From IMG/VR virus record IMGVR_UViG_3300042544_001887: 64,000 bases of DNA; one strand, given 5' to 3'. This document shows positions 16,953 to 26,632 of this stretch, piece after piece (within the stretch, counting starts at the first letter, position 1; each line of letters begins with the position of its first letter). The DNA comes from a virus (taxonomy: Duplodnaviria > Heunggongvirae > Uroviricota > Caudoviricetes). Position numbers and translations under genes: made by a program. A model generated the notes under the pieces. That model saw nothing but the letters and a program-made list of their open reading frames with translations. It was not told where the DNA came from and made no database searches.

Positions 16953-19589
16953 ATGGCATTCACACAAGATTTTCGCACTCAAAGACGCAATTACAATGAC
17001 GGCGATACTCGCTTAGGCGAAAAGGATCGTCTGTGGTATGATAGTATTACCAACAGCATACGCATCGGCGACGGCGAAACTCCTGGCGGTGTAGCAGTCG
17101 GAGGAGCAGGTGGTAGCAGCTACACATTGCCTACTGCAACTACCACAGTCAAAGGTGGTGTTAAAATCGATGGCACCACTATCACAATCAACAACCAAGT
17201 TATAAGTGGATTCAGTGGCAGTTACAACGACCTAACCAACAAGCCCACAATACCCACAAACACCAATCAGTTGACCAACGGTGCTGGATTTATTACCGGT
17301 TATACAGAAACTGATCCGGTGTTTGTAGGACATGCGTCCTACAATATAACCAGCACACAGATAACAAACTGGGATACAGCATATGGGTGGGGTGATCATG
17401 CCGGCGCAGGATACTTAACATCAGTTGGTACAATCAGTTACAACGATTTATCAAACAAACCCACACTATTCTCAGGTAGTTATACTGATTTGTCTAATAA
17501 GCCTACACTGTTCTCGGGTAGTTATAATGACCTAACAGATAAACCTAATCTCAGTAGCACATATCAATTTTCAGTTGCAGGCGACGATTCGACTCAACGA
17601 CTAATAAGCACAGGCGAAACAGTTAAATTTATAGGCGCAGGCGGAATCACCACCAGTAGCGATGCAGAAGGTGCTGTTACAATTACCCAGGGTAGCACAG
17701 ATAACATAATTAAGGTTGCTGGATCATTCGGGACTGAAAGCCCATTCAAGTCTGAAGTTGTTGCTGATCTTGCCACTGGTGTTAGAATTAGCACTTGGTG
17801 GGGTCTTCCAGCATTTGCTACTGAAGAACGCTGGCAGTTTGACTATGACGGGATACTAACATTCCCGGACGGTACAGAACAAGCAACCGCCTGGACTGGT
17901 ACAAGCACCACCCTACAATGGACTGCCGCTGAATTTTTCCCAAGTGCCCCTGCACAAACAACTATAACGGCCGGCGATGGTGCTGTTGATATCAATTTAG
18001 TAACAGGTATACCTGGTTCATCAACTTCGGTAAACTGGTCTTTCACTAATCAAGGTACTATTGAGTTCCCAGACAGCACTACACAATACTCTGCCTACAC
18101 TGGCGATAGTTCTACCACTGAAGCACTGACTATTGGCACAGGACTGAGTGGAACAAGTTTCAACGGCAGCACCGCAGTTACTATTGCACTGGATGATAAC
18201 TATGGCGACACAAAGAATCCTTATGCCAGCAAGACGGCAAAATATTTCCTAGCTGCACCAAATGCAGACAACGGTGCTCCAACATTCCGTGCTATTGTTG
18301 CTTCAGATATACCTACACTAAATCAAAACACCACAGGATCTGCCGCAACATTGACTACAGCCCGTGCTATCAATGGCGTAGACTTTGATGGTAGTGCGGC
18401 TATTACTATAACAGCCGCCGCAGGAACACTAACTGGCACAACATTAAACTCAACAGTAGTATCTAGTAGTTTAACCAGTGTAGGTACACTTACATCGTTG
18501 ACTTCTAGTGGATTAGTAAGATTCAACAATGCTGGAGTAGGCGCATCATATAATGCCGCTGGTAACTCTGTTAACATTGGCGGAGTATTAGGTGTCGCTT
18601 CAAACATCTATGCTAATGGTAACATAGACATTGTTGCCGGTAGTGCTTACTACATAGGTGGTAATACTGTATTGAACGGCAACACATTAGGCAGTAACAT
18701 TGTTAATAGTAGTTTAACATCAGTTGGAACACTAACAAGTTTAAGCAGTGGTGCTATCACAACAACAGGTACACTAGCACTAAATGCCAGTGGCGGTATT
18801 ACTACCAATCAAACTACATTCCCGTTAGTTAACACAACGGCAACTACAGTAAACTTTGCCGGTGCAGCCACAGCATTGAATATGGGCGCAAGCACTGGTA
18901 CTACCACAATCAACAATAACTTGTCAATGGCCAGTGGCAAAACTATAGGTACAACTGCTAGTATCACAAGTAATGCCGCAACAGCGTTCATTGCTGGTAC
19001 TGCCGCTGAAAGTGGTGTAGCATTACAAATGCCGCTTGAAGGTGCTCTACGTAATCTTACTAACGGACTTACTAATATGTATTTCGATGTTAGCACTGGC
19101 GGAACAACTCAGGGACAGTTCCAGTTCCGTAGTAGCAACGCATTCACCAATGTGTTGACTATGAGTCCTACTGCGTTTAATGTTAACACTGGCGCAACTG
19201 TAACAGCAAGAACACCTAGTCTTGGTAGACTGCCATTCAATTCTGCAATCGACACTGAACTAACCATTGATGATATGCGTTTCCGCATCAGCAACCAAGG
19301 CGGTATATTTCCGCAGGTTATTGGCAACGGTTCATCAAGGAATCTTGCCTGGACAGTAGTAGCCGCAAGAAACGGTAGTGCAATTCAACAAACAGGTAGC
19401 ACCGGTACTATTGTATCAAGCAGTGCTTGGACTAGTTTATATACTGCTGCCGGCATGGACGCCTCTGGCGATACTTATACAGCTACACTACAGGATAAAG
19501 CAGCAGGTCGTATCTATCGTGTGACATTTATGCGTAGCGACAACGGTACTACAACAGGTTACAATATTATAGCCGAACGTATATTATAA
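16953..19589 (+). CDS. Tail fibre / adhesin
   Basis: N-terminal LWYD..IRIGDG.TPGG; internal SGSY.DL..KPT, F.FPD.T.Q..A.TG and SSLTSVGTLTSL repeats; T/G/S-rich. Confidence 0.8.
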   Translation: MAFTQDFRTQRRNYNDGDTRLGEKDRLWYDSITNSIRIGDGETPGGVAVGGAGGSSYTLPTATTTVKGGVKIDGTTITINNQVISGFSGSYNDLTNKPTIPTNTNQLTNGAGFITGYTETDPVFVGHASYNITSTQITNWDTAYGWGDHAGAGYLTSVGTISYNDLSNKPTLFSGSYTDLSNKPTLFSGSYNDLTDKPNLSSTYQFSVAGDDSTQRLISTGETVKFIGAGGITTSSDAEGAVTITQGSTDNIIKVAGSFGTESPFKSEVVADLATGVRISTWWGLPAFATEERWQFDYDGILTFPDGTEQATAWTGTSTTLQWTAAEFFPSAPAQTTITAGDGAVDINLVTGIPGSSTSVNWSFTNQGTIEFPDSTTQYSAYTGDSSTTEALTIGTGLSGTSFNGSTAVTIALDDNYGDTKNPYASKTAKYFLAAPNADNGAPTFRAIVASDIPTLNQNTTGSAATLTTARAINGVDFDGSAAITITAAAGTLTGTTLNSTVVSSSLTSVGTLTSLTSSGLVRFNNAGVGASYNAAGNSVNIGGVLGVASNIYANGNIDIVAGSAYYIGGNTVLNGNTLGSNIVNSSLTSVGTLTSLSSGAITTTGTLALNASGGITTNQTTFPLVNTTATTVNFAGAATALNMGASTGTTTINNNLSMASGKTIGTTASITSNAATAFIAGTAAESGVALQMPLEGALRNLTNGLTNMYFDVSTGGTTQGQFQFRSSNAFTNVLTMSPTAFNVNTGATVTARTPSLGRLPFNSAIDTELTIDDMRFRISNQGGIFPQVIGNGSSRNLAWTVVAARNGSAIQQTGSTGTIVSSSAWTSLYTAAGMDASGDTYTATLQDKAAGRIYRVTFMRSDNGTTTGYNIIAERIL

Positions 19590-19713
19590 GCGGATGCATG
19601 ATTAGAGGTGCGTAAAACGTTTAACCCCTGCTAGCATTACACTAACAGGGGCTTTCTATAATATATAATAAACAGGCTATGCCCGGATCTTTAATAATAA
19701 GTTTACAGTTTAT

Positions 19714-20025
19714 TTAATCTTTTTTACCAACATTACCGTTTACAAAGTTGTAGAACTTTTCAGCAGCTTCCAGCACTTGGTCAGCACCAGGTACTTGCGG
19801 CATTTCTACTTTGGTTACAACTTCCTTGCCATCTTTTGAAACACTGGTTTCATACTGGCCCCACTTGGTGTGGTAGTCTTGCCAGACTTGGCTTTGAGCC
19901 ATTTCAAGGACCTGGGCTCTAATTTCATATCCATTTTTATTAAAAGTTACTCGAGGCATTGCTGCCTTTAGTTGTTCGCCGAATGCCTGTGCGGCTTCTT
20001 GCATTTGTTTCGCGTAATCGTTCAT
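19714..20025 (-). CDS. Conserved phage hypothetical protein
   Basis: NKNGYEIR..VL.MA..V.EAAEKFY.FV; late box and AGGAG. Confidence 0.75.
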   Translation of the reverse strand: MNDYAKQMQEAAQAFGEQLKAAMPRVTFNKNGYEIRAQVLEMAQSQVWQDYHTKWGQYETSVSKDGKEVVTKVEMPQVPGADQVLEAAEKFYNFVNGNVGKKD

Positions 20026-20082
20026 TTTGTGTTCTCCTGTATCTGTGTGTTTGTGTTACGTGTTGTTAATGTAACAGAGTAT

Positions 20083-20157
20083 TTACTGTTTGTCAACTGG
20101 TTTAGATTCCTTTGTAGGAATCTTTTCTTCTTCGTTGTAGTATGGTATGTGAGCCAT
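20083..20157 (-). CDS. 24-aa peptide MAHIPYYNEEEKIPTKESKPVDKQ
   Basis: TAATG coupling and GGAG upstream; too short to be sure. Confidence 0.4.
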   Translation of the reverse strand: MAHIPYYNEEEKIPTKESKPVDKQ

Positions 20158-20276
20158 TATTCAATCTCCAAAATTAGTTTTCTAGCAAGATCATGATATC
20201 CTTGTCTTGCAAGTTCAGCAGATGCTCTAGTACGGCCAACACGTTCAAAGAAGTTGGCAATACGATGCCACATCAT
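20157..20276 (-). CDS. 39-aa basic small protein
   Basis: MMWHRIANFFERVGRTRASAELARQGYHDLARKLILEIE; ATGA overlap. Confidence 0.65.
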   Translation of the reverse strand: MMWHRIANFFERVGRTRASAELARQGYHDLARKLILEIE

Positions 20277-20338
20277 TTGCCGCCTTTTTTCTTTTCGCTG
20301 TAATCGCGATAGTAACTGTGATCTGGATCTATCATCAT
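20273..20338 (-). CDS. 21-aa peptide MMIDPDHSYYRDYSEKKKGGK
   Basis: ATGA overlaps at both ends within the small-ORF operon. Confidence 0.4.
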   Translation of the reverse strand: MMIDPDHSYYRDYSEKKKGGK

Positions 20339-20499
20339 GTCCACCCTGCTAGATTTTGATTTGCTCGGATCTGCCACGGTGCTTCGTGACGATCGATTCT
20401 TCTAATACGATTCTCTAAATCAACAAGATCAACTGCCTCAGCTAGGTATTCTTCGATCTGATCTTTTTCAGTTCTTGCTTTGAATAGATTTTTAAACAT
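20335..20499 (-). CDS. DUF3563-like small protein
   Basis: EEYLAEAVDLVDLENRIRRIDR; AGGAGG SD. Confidence 0.65.
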   Translation of the reverse strand: MFKNLFKARTEKDQIEEYLAEAVDLVDLENRIRRIDRHEAPWQIRANQNLAGWT

Positions 20500-20662
20500 A
20501 GCGAGCCTCCTTGCCATAAGCAGCCTCTAATGCAATTTGCTCAATCGAACTATGACTTAATCCCAAGTCCTTGAGTTGATGCACAGTCAACGAACTGAGT
20601 TCTTTGTAGGTTTTTCTGTAGGTTCGGTTTCTAGCATACCATTCTGTCAACAGTGATATCAT
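20492..20662 (-). CDS. DUF1127 (YjiS-like) small protein
   Basis: RTYRKTYKELSSLTVHQLKDLGLSHSSI matches RRT..EL..L.D..L.DLGL.R.DI; 56 aa, absent from ORF track. Confidence 0.85.
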   Translation of the reverse strand: MISLLTEWYARNRTYRKTYKELSSLTVHQLKDLGLSHSSIEQIALEAAYGKEARYV

Positions 20663-20829
20663 CGTGTTACTCCAAATTTAGGAGCAACCCCGTACTGCTT
20701 CATATGAAAGTATGCGTATTCAGCATCCTTCTTGTATTCGGTGCGAGCCCATATGGCCAGATCACGATCTGACATAGTGGGTTTAGTGATTTTGGTTATA
20801 CTATCAAAAAGTTTTAGTGTTAACATCAT
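20659..20829 (-). CDS. 56-aa small protein
   Basis: ..SDRDLAIWARTEYKKDAEYAYFHM..; first ORF after late box; ATGA overlap. Confidence 0.65.
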   Translation of the reverse strand: MMLTLKLFDSITKITKPTMSDRDLAIWARTEYKKDAEYAYFHMKQYGVAPKFGVTR

Positions 20830-21021
20830 TTCTCTCTTTTGTTCTGTGTGTTTGTATATCTGTGTTCAAATGCAGAATTATGCTGCACTTGCACACTATA
20901 TTTACTATAAAATGTTGACAAAAACGAGCGTGATTATTGCAAAGACGATATGCGTGTAGTGCATAGCACAAAAACTTCTTGACAAATGCTACTACATAAT
21001 AAATACTATAAGGACAAGGCA

Positions 21022-21276
21022 ATGAAGAAAAAAACACGTGGTATCTTAGAAGAACTTTCCAGTGTAGGTCGAAAAACTTACACTGATGAATTCATACAAA
21101 CTACTGGAAGCAACCTTATTGAAAGTGCTGTTAATCTTTTGACAAAGATACATGAGACATATCCTGAAGAAGTTGCTATAGATTTGGAAAGACGTTTTCT
21201 AAATGCAATACGGGGGTCCAATCCTCGTAAGTTTAGATACGGTGTTGAAAAAATAATAGAATCAAAAAAGAAGTAA
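21022..21276 (+). CDS. Conserved late hypothetical protein
   Basis: MKKKTRGILEEL..LERRFLNAIR; late box and AAGGA. Confidence 0.75.
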   Translation: MKKKTRGILEELSSVGRKTYTDEFIQTTGSNLIESAVNLLTKIHETYPEEVAIDLERRFLNAIRGSNPRKFRYGVEKIIESKKK

Positions 21277-21278
21277 AA

Positions 21279-21959
21279 ATGGGCGGAAATGTATTCATAG
21301 ATGTTGTGCCATTTGACCATTCTCAAATAGGTGCAATTGCAGAACATTTAGATTCTGTACTGTCTCAGATTGGAGTTTCTGTTATTCCAATTGGTAGTAC
21401 AGCCAATCCGGTTGTAGGTAAAAAAAGCGGAGACTTCGACGTTCTTGTTGAAGAAAGAATCCTAGCACAGGTTTTCAATGAAGACAATCCTAGAAACATT
21501 AGAAAAAAATTAAAAGACTTATTTGATAAGTCTGGCGATACAACTACATTAAATGGAATTGCCGTTCATGTACGAGTTCCAATTAACAACGAAGCTTATC
21601 AAGCAGATATATTAGTCACACCTCAGGCAAAAGAAGTAAGCAAGTTTCACATACACAAAATACCTGCCAATTCTAAGTACAAAGGTGTACATAAGCATCT
21701 TGCTATGATGTACCTTGCAAAATCAAAAGGTTTGCTTTGGAGTGCGTTTCAAGGTTTGTTTAATAGAAACAAAGAAGGAAAACGTGGAGACTTTATAACT
21801 AACAAATTAGATACAATTGCTTACTTGTTGATCGGAGTAAACGGTAAAGAACAAGACTTTGATTGTTTTGAAAGTATTGTAGCAGCACTTCCTGTTGATG
21901 TTGCAAATAAAATGATTGCAGACTTGAAAGAAGATCCTAGCTGGAAAGAAATTGCATGA
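21279..21959 (+). CDS. Pol-beta-type nucleotidyltransferase-like protein
   Basis: IGST..KSGDFDVLV (G-S..D-x-D) plus third Asp in YQADI. Confidence 0.65.
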   Translation: MGGNVFIDVVPFDHSQIGAIAEHLDSVLSQIGVSVIPIGSTANPVVGKKSGDFDVLVEERILAQVFNEDNPRNIRKKLKDLFDKSGDTTTLNGIAVHVRVPINNEAYQADILVTPQAKEVSKFHIHKIPANSKYKGVHKHLAMMYLAKSKGLLWSAFQGLFNRNKEGKRGDFITNKLDTIAYLLIGVNGKEQDFDCFESIVAALPVDVANKMIADLKEDPSWKEIA

Positions 21960-22891
21960 AAATTTTTGAAGTAATTAGAAGTAATGAAATAAATCCTAAC
22001 ATGGCCAGAACAGCAGAGTTGACAGCTGACTATGCTGACCGAGTAACACCAACCAATCACAAAATTGGCAACTGGAATATATTTGAAATTAAGCCTGGAG
22101 TACGTAGCCGTGCTGAATTAATGCTATTTGTTGGGGTCGAAGACGGACCTAATGAATTACCTGAATTGTACGGACAGCTTGCATTACTAAAGCAACCGCA
22201 CCAAGGCAAAGACTTTGTGTTTTCCGAAATATACTTTGATCCTGTTTTACAAGGAAAAGGAATTGCATTACAGTTGTACAAACTGGCTATAGAAAAATAT
22301 GGATACACAATTGTAAGCGACACCAGTCAAACAAAGGGCAGTGAAAAACTTTGGAATTCTCTTGCAAGAGATCCACGCATTAATGTTTATGCATGGGAAA
22401 CCGATAGCGATTCTTTTAGAGAATTTGACCCAGATGATCCAGACGATGTGTATTATGATCCTAGCGAAATAAACATACTTAAAAAAGAACTATCAGACAT
22501 ACAAGATCGTCTACATCAGCAATACATGTCTGGCAATATCGACGACGATGAATACGGAAATTTATTAAAACAGTATGCTGATCCGATATATGACGACCTA
22601 GAAGCAATGGAAAGAGCACAAGACACTCGTTTGGTTGCAACAGCAAAAAATATAAAGACAACAGTATCTGAGGCTGTACTCAACGAACAGCCAGTTCTTT
22701 CTAGTTGGATAACTGACATTACCTTACAAAAAAATGAACGTGATGTCACAATGACATTGGGCAACGGACGTAGATATAAGGTTGCAAGTGTTGGCAGACC
22801 TGTGTATACTGCTTGGGTAAACAGCAACTCTAAGGGAAAATTTTGGCACACAAATATCAAACGTCGTCATCGAGTATTGAGACTTTTGTAA
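21956..22891 (+). CDS. GNAT acetyltransferase + KTSC domain fusion (putative virion-internal)
   Basis: DPVLQGKGIALQLY..SDTSQT.GS.KLW; C-terminal SSWI..G..Y..V..Y..W..S.SKGKFW..NI; N-terminus MKIFEV. Confidence 0.65.
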   Translation: MKIFEVIRSNEINPNMARTAELTADYADRVTPTNHKIGNWNIFEIKPGVRSRAELMLFVGVEDGPNELPELYGQLALLKQPHQGKDFVFSEIYFDPVLQGKGIALQLYKLAIEKYGYTIVSDTSQTKGSEKLWNSLARDPRINVYAWETDSDSFREFDPDDPDDVYYDPSEINILKKELSDIQDRLHQQYMSGNIDDDEYGNLLKQYADPIYDDLEAMERAQDTRLVATAKNIKTTVSEAVLNEQPVLSSWITDITLQKNERDVTMTLGNGRRYKVASVGRPVYTAWVNSNSKGKFWHTNIKRRHRVLRLL

Positions 22892-23925
22892 AACCAAGAG
22901 TAGGCAGAGAATTTCAGCACCTTGAAGACCTGGTCTTTATTGAAGGGAGTGCGGGTGCAGAACGTGCATTGCATGTAATTAAAAATCTAAGAGAAGCTTC
23001 GGTTAAGTGGGACGGAAATCCTACGATATATTGGGGACGCAATGCACTTGGACAGTTTGTACTTGTAAATAAAAATGCATGGGGCAAAGCTGAATGCACT
23101 AGCCCGGATATGCTAGAAGAATTTATTCTAACTAGTGGCCGAGGAGAACCCTGGCGTCCTGCATTTGCAGAAAGTCTTGTGCGTATTTGGCCACTTTTAG
23201 AAGCAGCTACTCCAAAATGGACACAAGGATATGTGTACGGGGATTTGCTTTTCTATCCTAATCGCCCTGCACAAATTGCAAACGAGTCTGTAGAGTTTAC
23301 TCCAAACAAAGTAACTTACAAAGTTAATACAAACACAGCATTGGGTGCAAAACTAGATGAAGCAAAAGTATGCATTGCTGCCCACAAGTTTTATCGCAAA
23401 TTTGGAGATGCAGATGGTGTATTCTTTCAGCATGAAAATGTGTATGAAAGCACAAGTGTATCTGTAATTACACAAACTAGAATTAAATCTAACATTGTAG
23501 TTGAGCAAAACAAAATTGCAAAATTGCAAAACATAATTTCAGAGTCGGATATAGACAGTTTTCTTGCACCTATAGCAGGATTAGGCGATCTTAAAAATAT
23601 TATCTATACATATGTAAATCAAACAAGTAAAGCAGGAAAGTTAGATACACTAGGAGAAACTTTTTTTGATTGGCTAGCAACTTCAAAGGTGAGTCATCCA
23701 AAACAATCTAAGATCGCTAAATTAGCTGAAGAGCATCCTTATGCATTGCCCACTATCTTTAATTTAGTAAAAGGTATCATGGAATTAAAAAATAATATAA
23801 TCGAGCAGTTTGACTCTGTGTCAGAAATACAGTCGTACACACTAAACGAAAGCGGCGGCGAAGGATATATGATTCTTGATGAACAAATTAAGCTAGTGCC
23901 CAGACATCGATGGGTTCCTGATTAA
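22843..23925 (+). CDS. Conserved phage protein with ligase-type nucleotidyltransferase motifs
   Basis: SVKWDG (KxDG), GDLLF, GEGYM, IKLV; start codon uncertain. Confidence 0.55.
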   Translation: MAHKYQTSSSSIETFVKPRVGREFQHLEDLVFIEGSAGAERALHVIKNLREASVKWDGNPTIYWGRNALGQFVLVNKNAWGKAECTSPDMLEEFILTSGRGEPWRPAFAESLVRIWPLLEAATPKWTQGYVYGDLLFYPNRPAQIANESVEFTPNKVTYKVNTNTALGAKLDEAKVCIAAHKFYRKFGDADGVFFQHENVYESTSVSVITQTRIKSNIVVEQNKIAKLQNIISESDIDSFLAPIAGLGDLKNIIYTYVNQTSKAGKLDTLGETFFDWLATSKVSHPKQSKIAKLAEEHPYALPTIFNLVKGIMELKNNIIEQFDSVSEIQSYTLNESGGEGYMILDEQIKLVPRHRWVPD

Positions 23926-24033
23926 TTCGTGTTTTAACCCCATTATCATAAGTATTTTTGCTTCTATGGTAAATAATAATAACAATACTTACGGAGCGTA
24001 AGTTTGTTGCCATAGAGTACAAGGAGATTTAAA

Positions 24034-24444
24034 ATGGCAGACGTATATTCAGTATCAGTTGGCGCAACTACAGTTGGCGCAAACGCTCGTGTAGCAAAAG
24101 CAAATTATGCATTTGGTACACCAAACCTAAAGTTCGTTAAAGTTGCAGCAGTTAACAGTGCCGCAGCAGTTAACTTTTCAGCAGAAACTGCAAACAGCAA
24201 CTTCTACAAAGCACTAAATGCTCTACAAGGTTTTGCTGAAATTTATTGGGCAGATGGCGGCACTGAAGGTTTCATCGTAGCATACAATGAAAACACTGCA
24301 AACAGTGGTTCAGCAGCAACACCATCAGTAAGCAACGGCTCATGGGGTGCAGCAGAAGCAGCAATTCTAGCAGCAATTGGTGCAGACACTTCATGCACAA
24401 TCACAGCAGTTGATTTGGCAACTAACGGTCTATCGATCGACTAA
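24034..24444 (+). CDS. Ala-rich, probably abundant virion protein
   Basis: Late box, hairpin leader, strong AAGGAG, followed by terminator. Confidence 0.75.
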   Translation: MADVYSVSVGATTVGANARVAKANYAFGTPNLKFVKVAAVNSAAAVNFSAETANSNFYKALNALQGFAEIYWADGGTEGFIVAYNENTANSGSAATPSVSNGSWGAAEAAILAAIGADTSCTITAVDLATNGLSID

Positions 24445-24463
24445 TAGTTGTAAAACTAAAATC

Positions 24464-24494
24464 AAAGGGTTCGCGTTTTGCGGACCCTTTTTTT
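24464..24494 (+). terminator. Rho-independent terminator
   Basis: AAAGGGTTCGC-loop-GCGGACCC + T7. Confidence 0.85.
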
Positions 24495-24513
24495 ATGACC
24501 GATAAGTAATGTT

Positions 24514-24915
24514 ATGAGATTTCAGTTATTAACACTTATAGATATTACACAGACTCGTGCTCGAAAAGGTGACGACAGTTTTTTACAAAAGCAACAGCAA
24601 AACTATCTTACTGCCATACAAACTATAAGTATGCGAGCAAATCCAGAAATACGCACAACAACTAGTTGTGATGACAGAGATATAACAGGATTAGGTTTTG
24701 GCACATTGTATAAAGGCAACCATCGAGTATGGAAACTAAATTTTAATTTTGAGTTTGACAACAGTCATTCAATTGACACATTAAAGTTTGATTTTAATTT
24801 AGTCCCTGTTATTAAAAACTTAAACGAAACAGTTGACTTAGAAGATGCTGCGTTTATAACAAGCTCAGAAGAACTCAACAACATAGTGTTTCTCAACTTA
24901 GACGATTTTACATAA
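24514..24915 (+). CDS. Conserved late hypothetical protein
   Basis: TLIDIT.T..R..QQ.N..T..Q.I.MRANP family. Confidence 0.75.
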   Translation: MRFQLLTLIDITQTRARKGDDSFLQKQQQNYLTAIQTISMRANPEIRTTTSCDDRDITGLGFGTLYKGNHRVWKLNFNFEFDNSHSIDTLKFDFNLVPVIKNLNETVDLEDAAFITSSEELNNIVFLNLDDFT

Positions 24916-24988
24916 TATGATAAATATACAAAAGGCAAGAACAAAGGCATTTAAAAATATTCATTACTGTCGCAAAATGGAGAAATAA

Positions 24989-25228
24989 ATGTCGACTGCC
25001 TTAACAACTGACTTAGAAAAAGAAAGCCTTGAAGCACACGTTGATTTATGTGCATTAAGATATCAACAACTAGATAATCGTTTGACCAAGGTAGAAGGAA
25101 AACTTGATAGTATTTCTGCAGAAATGAAATCAGCCAACCAATCATTAGTCAAGGTTATAATCGGTGCCGCTGCTACTATTAGTTCTGGCTTGCTCGGAAC
25201 AATCGTAGTAATGTTAATGAAATTCTAA
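24989..25228 (+). CDS. Coiled-coil protein with C-terminal TM helix
   Basis: SLEAHVDLCALRY..L..RL; hydrophobic tail. Confidence 0.75.
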   Translation: MSTALTTDLEKESLEAHVDLCALRYQQLDNRLTKVEGKLDSISAEMKSANQSLVKVIIGAAATISSGLLGTIVVMLMKF

Positions 25229-25245
25229 ACACGATAAATAACTTT

Positions 25246-25521
25246 ATGTTATTGCGTGAATTATTTGATCAACCTGTAAATGAAAAAGTAGTGTGGGGGA
25301 GAACTGGTAAATCAGTTGTTCGCAAATATCGTTGCTCCGGCGGGAAACGACACGGTCGTGTTGTTAGCAAAATGGCACAATGTTTTGCTCCACTTGACTT
25401 TAAACAGAGTGCAAGTTTTAAGCGAACCAAATCGAGATTTGGCAGACGCATGGCTAGAAAAGCTGGAAGAACAAAGCGTGTAAATCCTGCTAGTCGTAGA
25501 ATACAAGCGTTGAACAGATAA
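25246..25521 (+). CDS. Basic late protein
   Basis: MLLREL N-terminus; K/R-rich. Confidence 0.75.
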   Translation: MLLRELFDQPVNEKVVWGRTGKSVVRKYRCSGGKRHGRVVSKMAQCFAPLDFKQSASFKRTKSRFGRRMARKAGRTKRVNPASRRIQALNR

Positions 25522-25550
25522 CAAACAGCGGACAGAAAGAAAATAAGATA

Positions 25551-25982
25551 ATGCGAGCAGATGAATTTATTAACAGCGACGAAAAGCTAGACGAAATATT
25601 ACCTCTTATTGGAATGGCTGCCGGGGCGGCTGCTAGATCAGTAGCAGGCATGGCTGCTAAACAGGTTGGAAAAGCTGTAGCAGGCGCCGCTGCACAGAAA
25701 ATAGGACAAAAAGTTGCCGGAATGGCAGGCTCGCAAAAACAACCAACATTGCCCGGCGATAACACAGCCTATGCAGACGTTGATAGAGCAAAAGATGCTT
25801 TATTGCAACCGGGAAAAAAGTTAGTGCTTCCAACTCAAGCCGGAACCCCTCAAGCATTCAAGATTACAAAAGTAGCAGGCGATGAAGTAGAAATAGAAAA
25901 CCCGGATGCAATTAAAGATCCTAGCCAGCCAGATAAAATTACTTATAACAAGCAAGATATTAAGAAATCGATATCAATATGA
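25551..25982 (+). CDS. Late hypothetical protein
   Basis: MRADEF N-terminus. Confidence 0.75.
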   Translation: MRADEFINSDEKLDEILPLIGMAAGAAARSVAGMAAKQVGKAVAGAAAQKIGQKVAGMAGSQKQPTLPGDNTAYADVDRAKDALLQPGKKLVLPTQAGTPQAFKITKVAGDEVEIENPDAIKDPSQPDKITYNKQDIKKSISI

Positions 25983-26185
25983 AATTTAATGAGTTAATTA
26001 AAGAATTTTCAATACAGATGAGCAATGAAGAAAAAACATTGCTTGACAAGATATCAAAACCGTGTTATGTTGAGTCATTCTCACAGAGAGAACAATATGT
26101 GATTGAAAACTTAATTAAAAAAAGTTTGCTTTCAAAGGTATATTATAAAGGTAGCACGGTAGTAATTCCAAATGAAAGACCTTGA
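25979..26185 (+). CDS. Late hypothetical protein
   Basis: MKFNEL N-terminus; ATGA overlap. Confidence 0.7.
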   Translation: MKFNELIKEFSIQMSNEEKTLLDKISKPCYVESFSQREQYVIENLIKKSLLSKVYYKGSTVVIPNERP

Positions 26186-26600
26186 CATAGCTATTCAGGA
26201 ACTTGAAGACATAATCGACTCTAAAATGAACAATTTTTCGTTGCCTTATAAAAAGGGCAACAGTGTCAGACTCGGACATATTGTCATAAGAAAAAGCAAA
26301 AATCTCGGATATATAGTATTCGATACTAAACTAAACAAACCCATAACAACTACTTTTAGTATAACAGGGGCTCTTGCCGTAGCAAAAGCTTCTATTAAAA
26401 AGTCTCCAATTTATACTATTATGAAATACGATAACATAATAGAAAAAAATTATAATGACAGTCAATTTTATTCTCACATCATACATGGAAACGCCAGCGA
26501 GTCTCGCAAAAAAGCAGTAGCTTCTCGTCTTGAAATATCGAAGACAAAAATCGATGCTGCAAAAAATGCTCTTGATGAGTTCATTATGAAAGATATGTGA
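26172..26600 (+). CDS. Hypothetical protein
   Basis: Operon continuity. Confidence 0.7.
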   Translation: MKDLDIAIQELEDIIDSKMNNFSLPYKKGNSVRLGHIVIRKSKNLGYIVFDTKLNKPITTTFSITGALAVAKASIKKSPIYTIMKYDNIIEKNYNDSQFYSHIIHGNASESRKKAVASRLEISKTKIDAAKNALDEFIMKDM

Positions 26601-26632
26601 TAAATAAATTAAACAATTCCAGGAACCCAACC

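Noticed and set aside
22843-22900. Frameshift between the GNAT-KTSC gene and the ligase-like gene
   Set aside because: No slippery site; an overlapping TTG start with AAGGGA upstream is a simpler explanation
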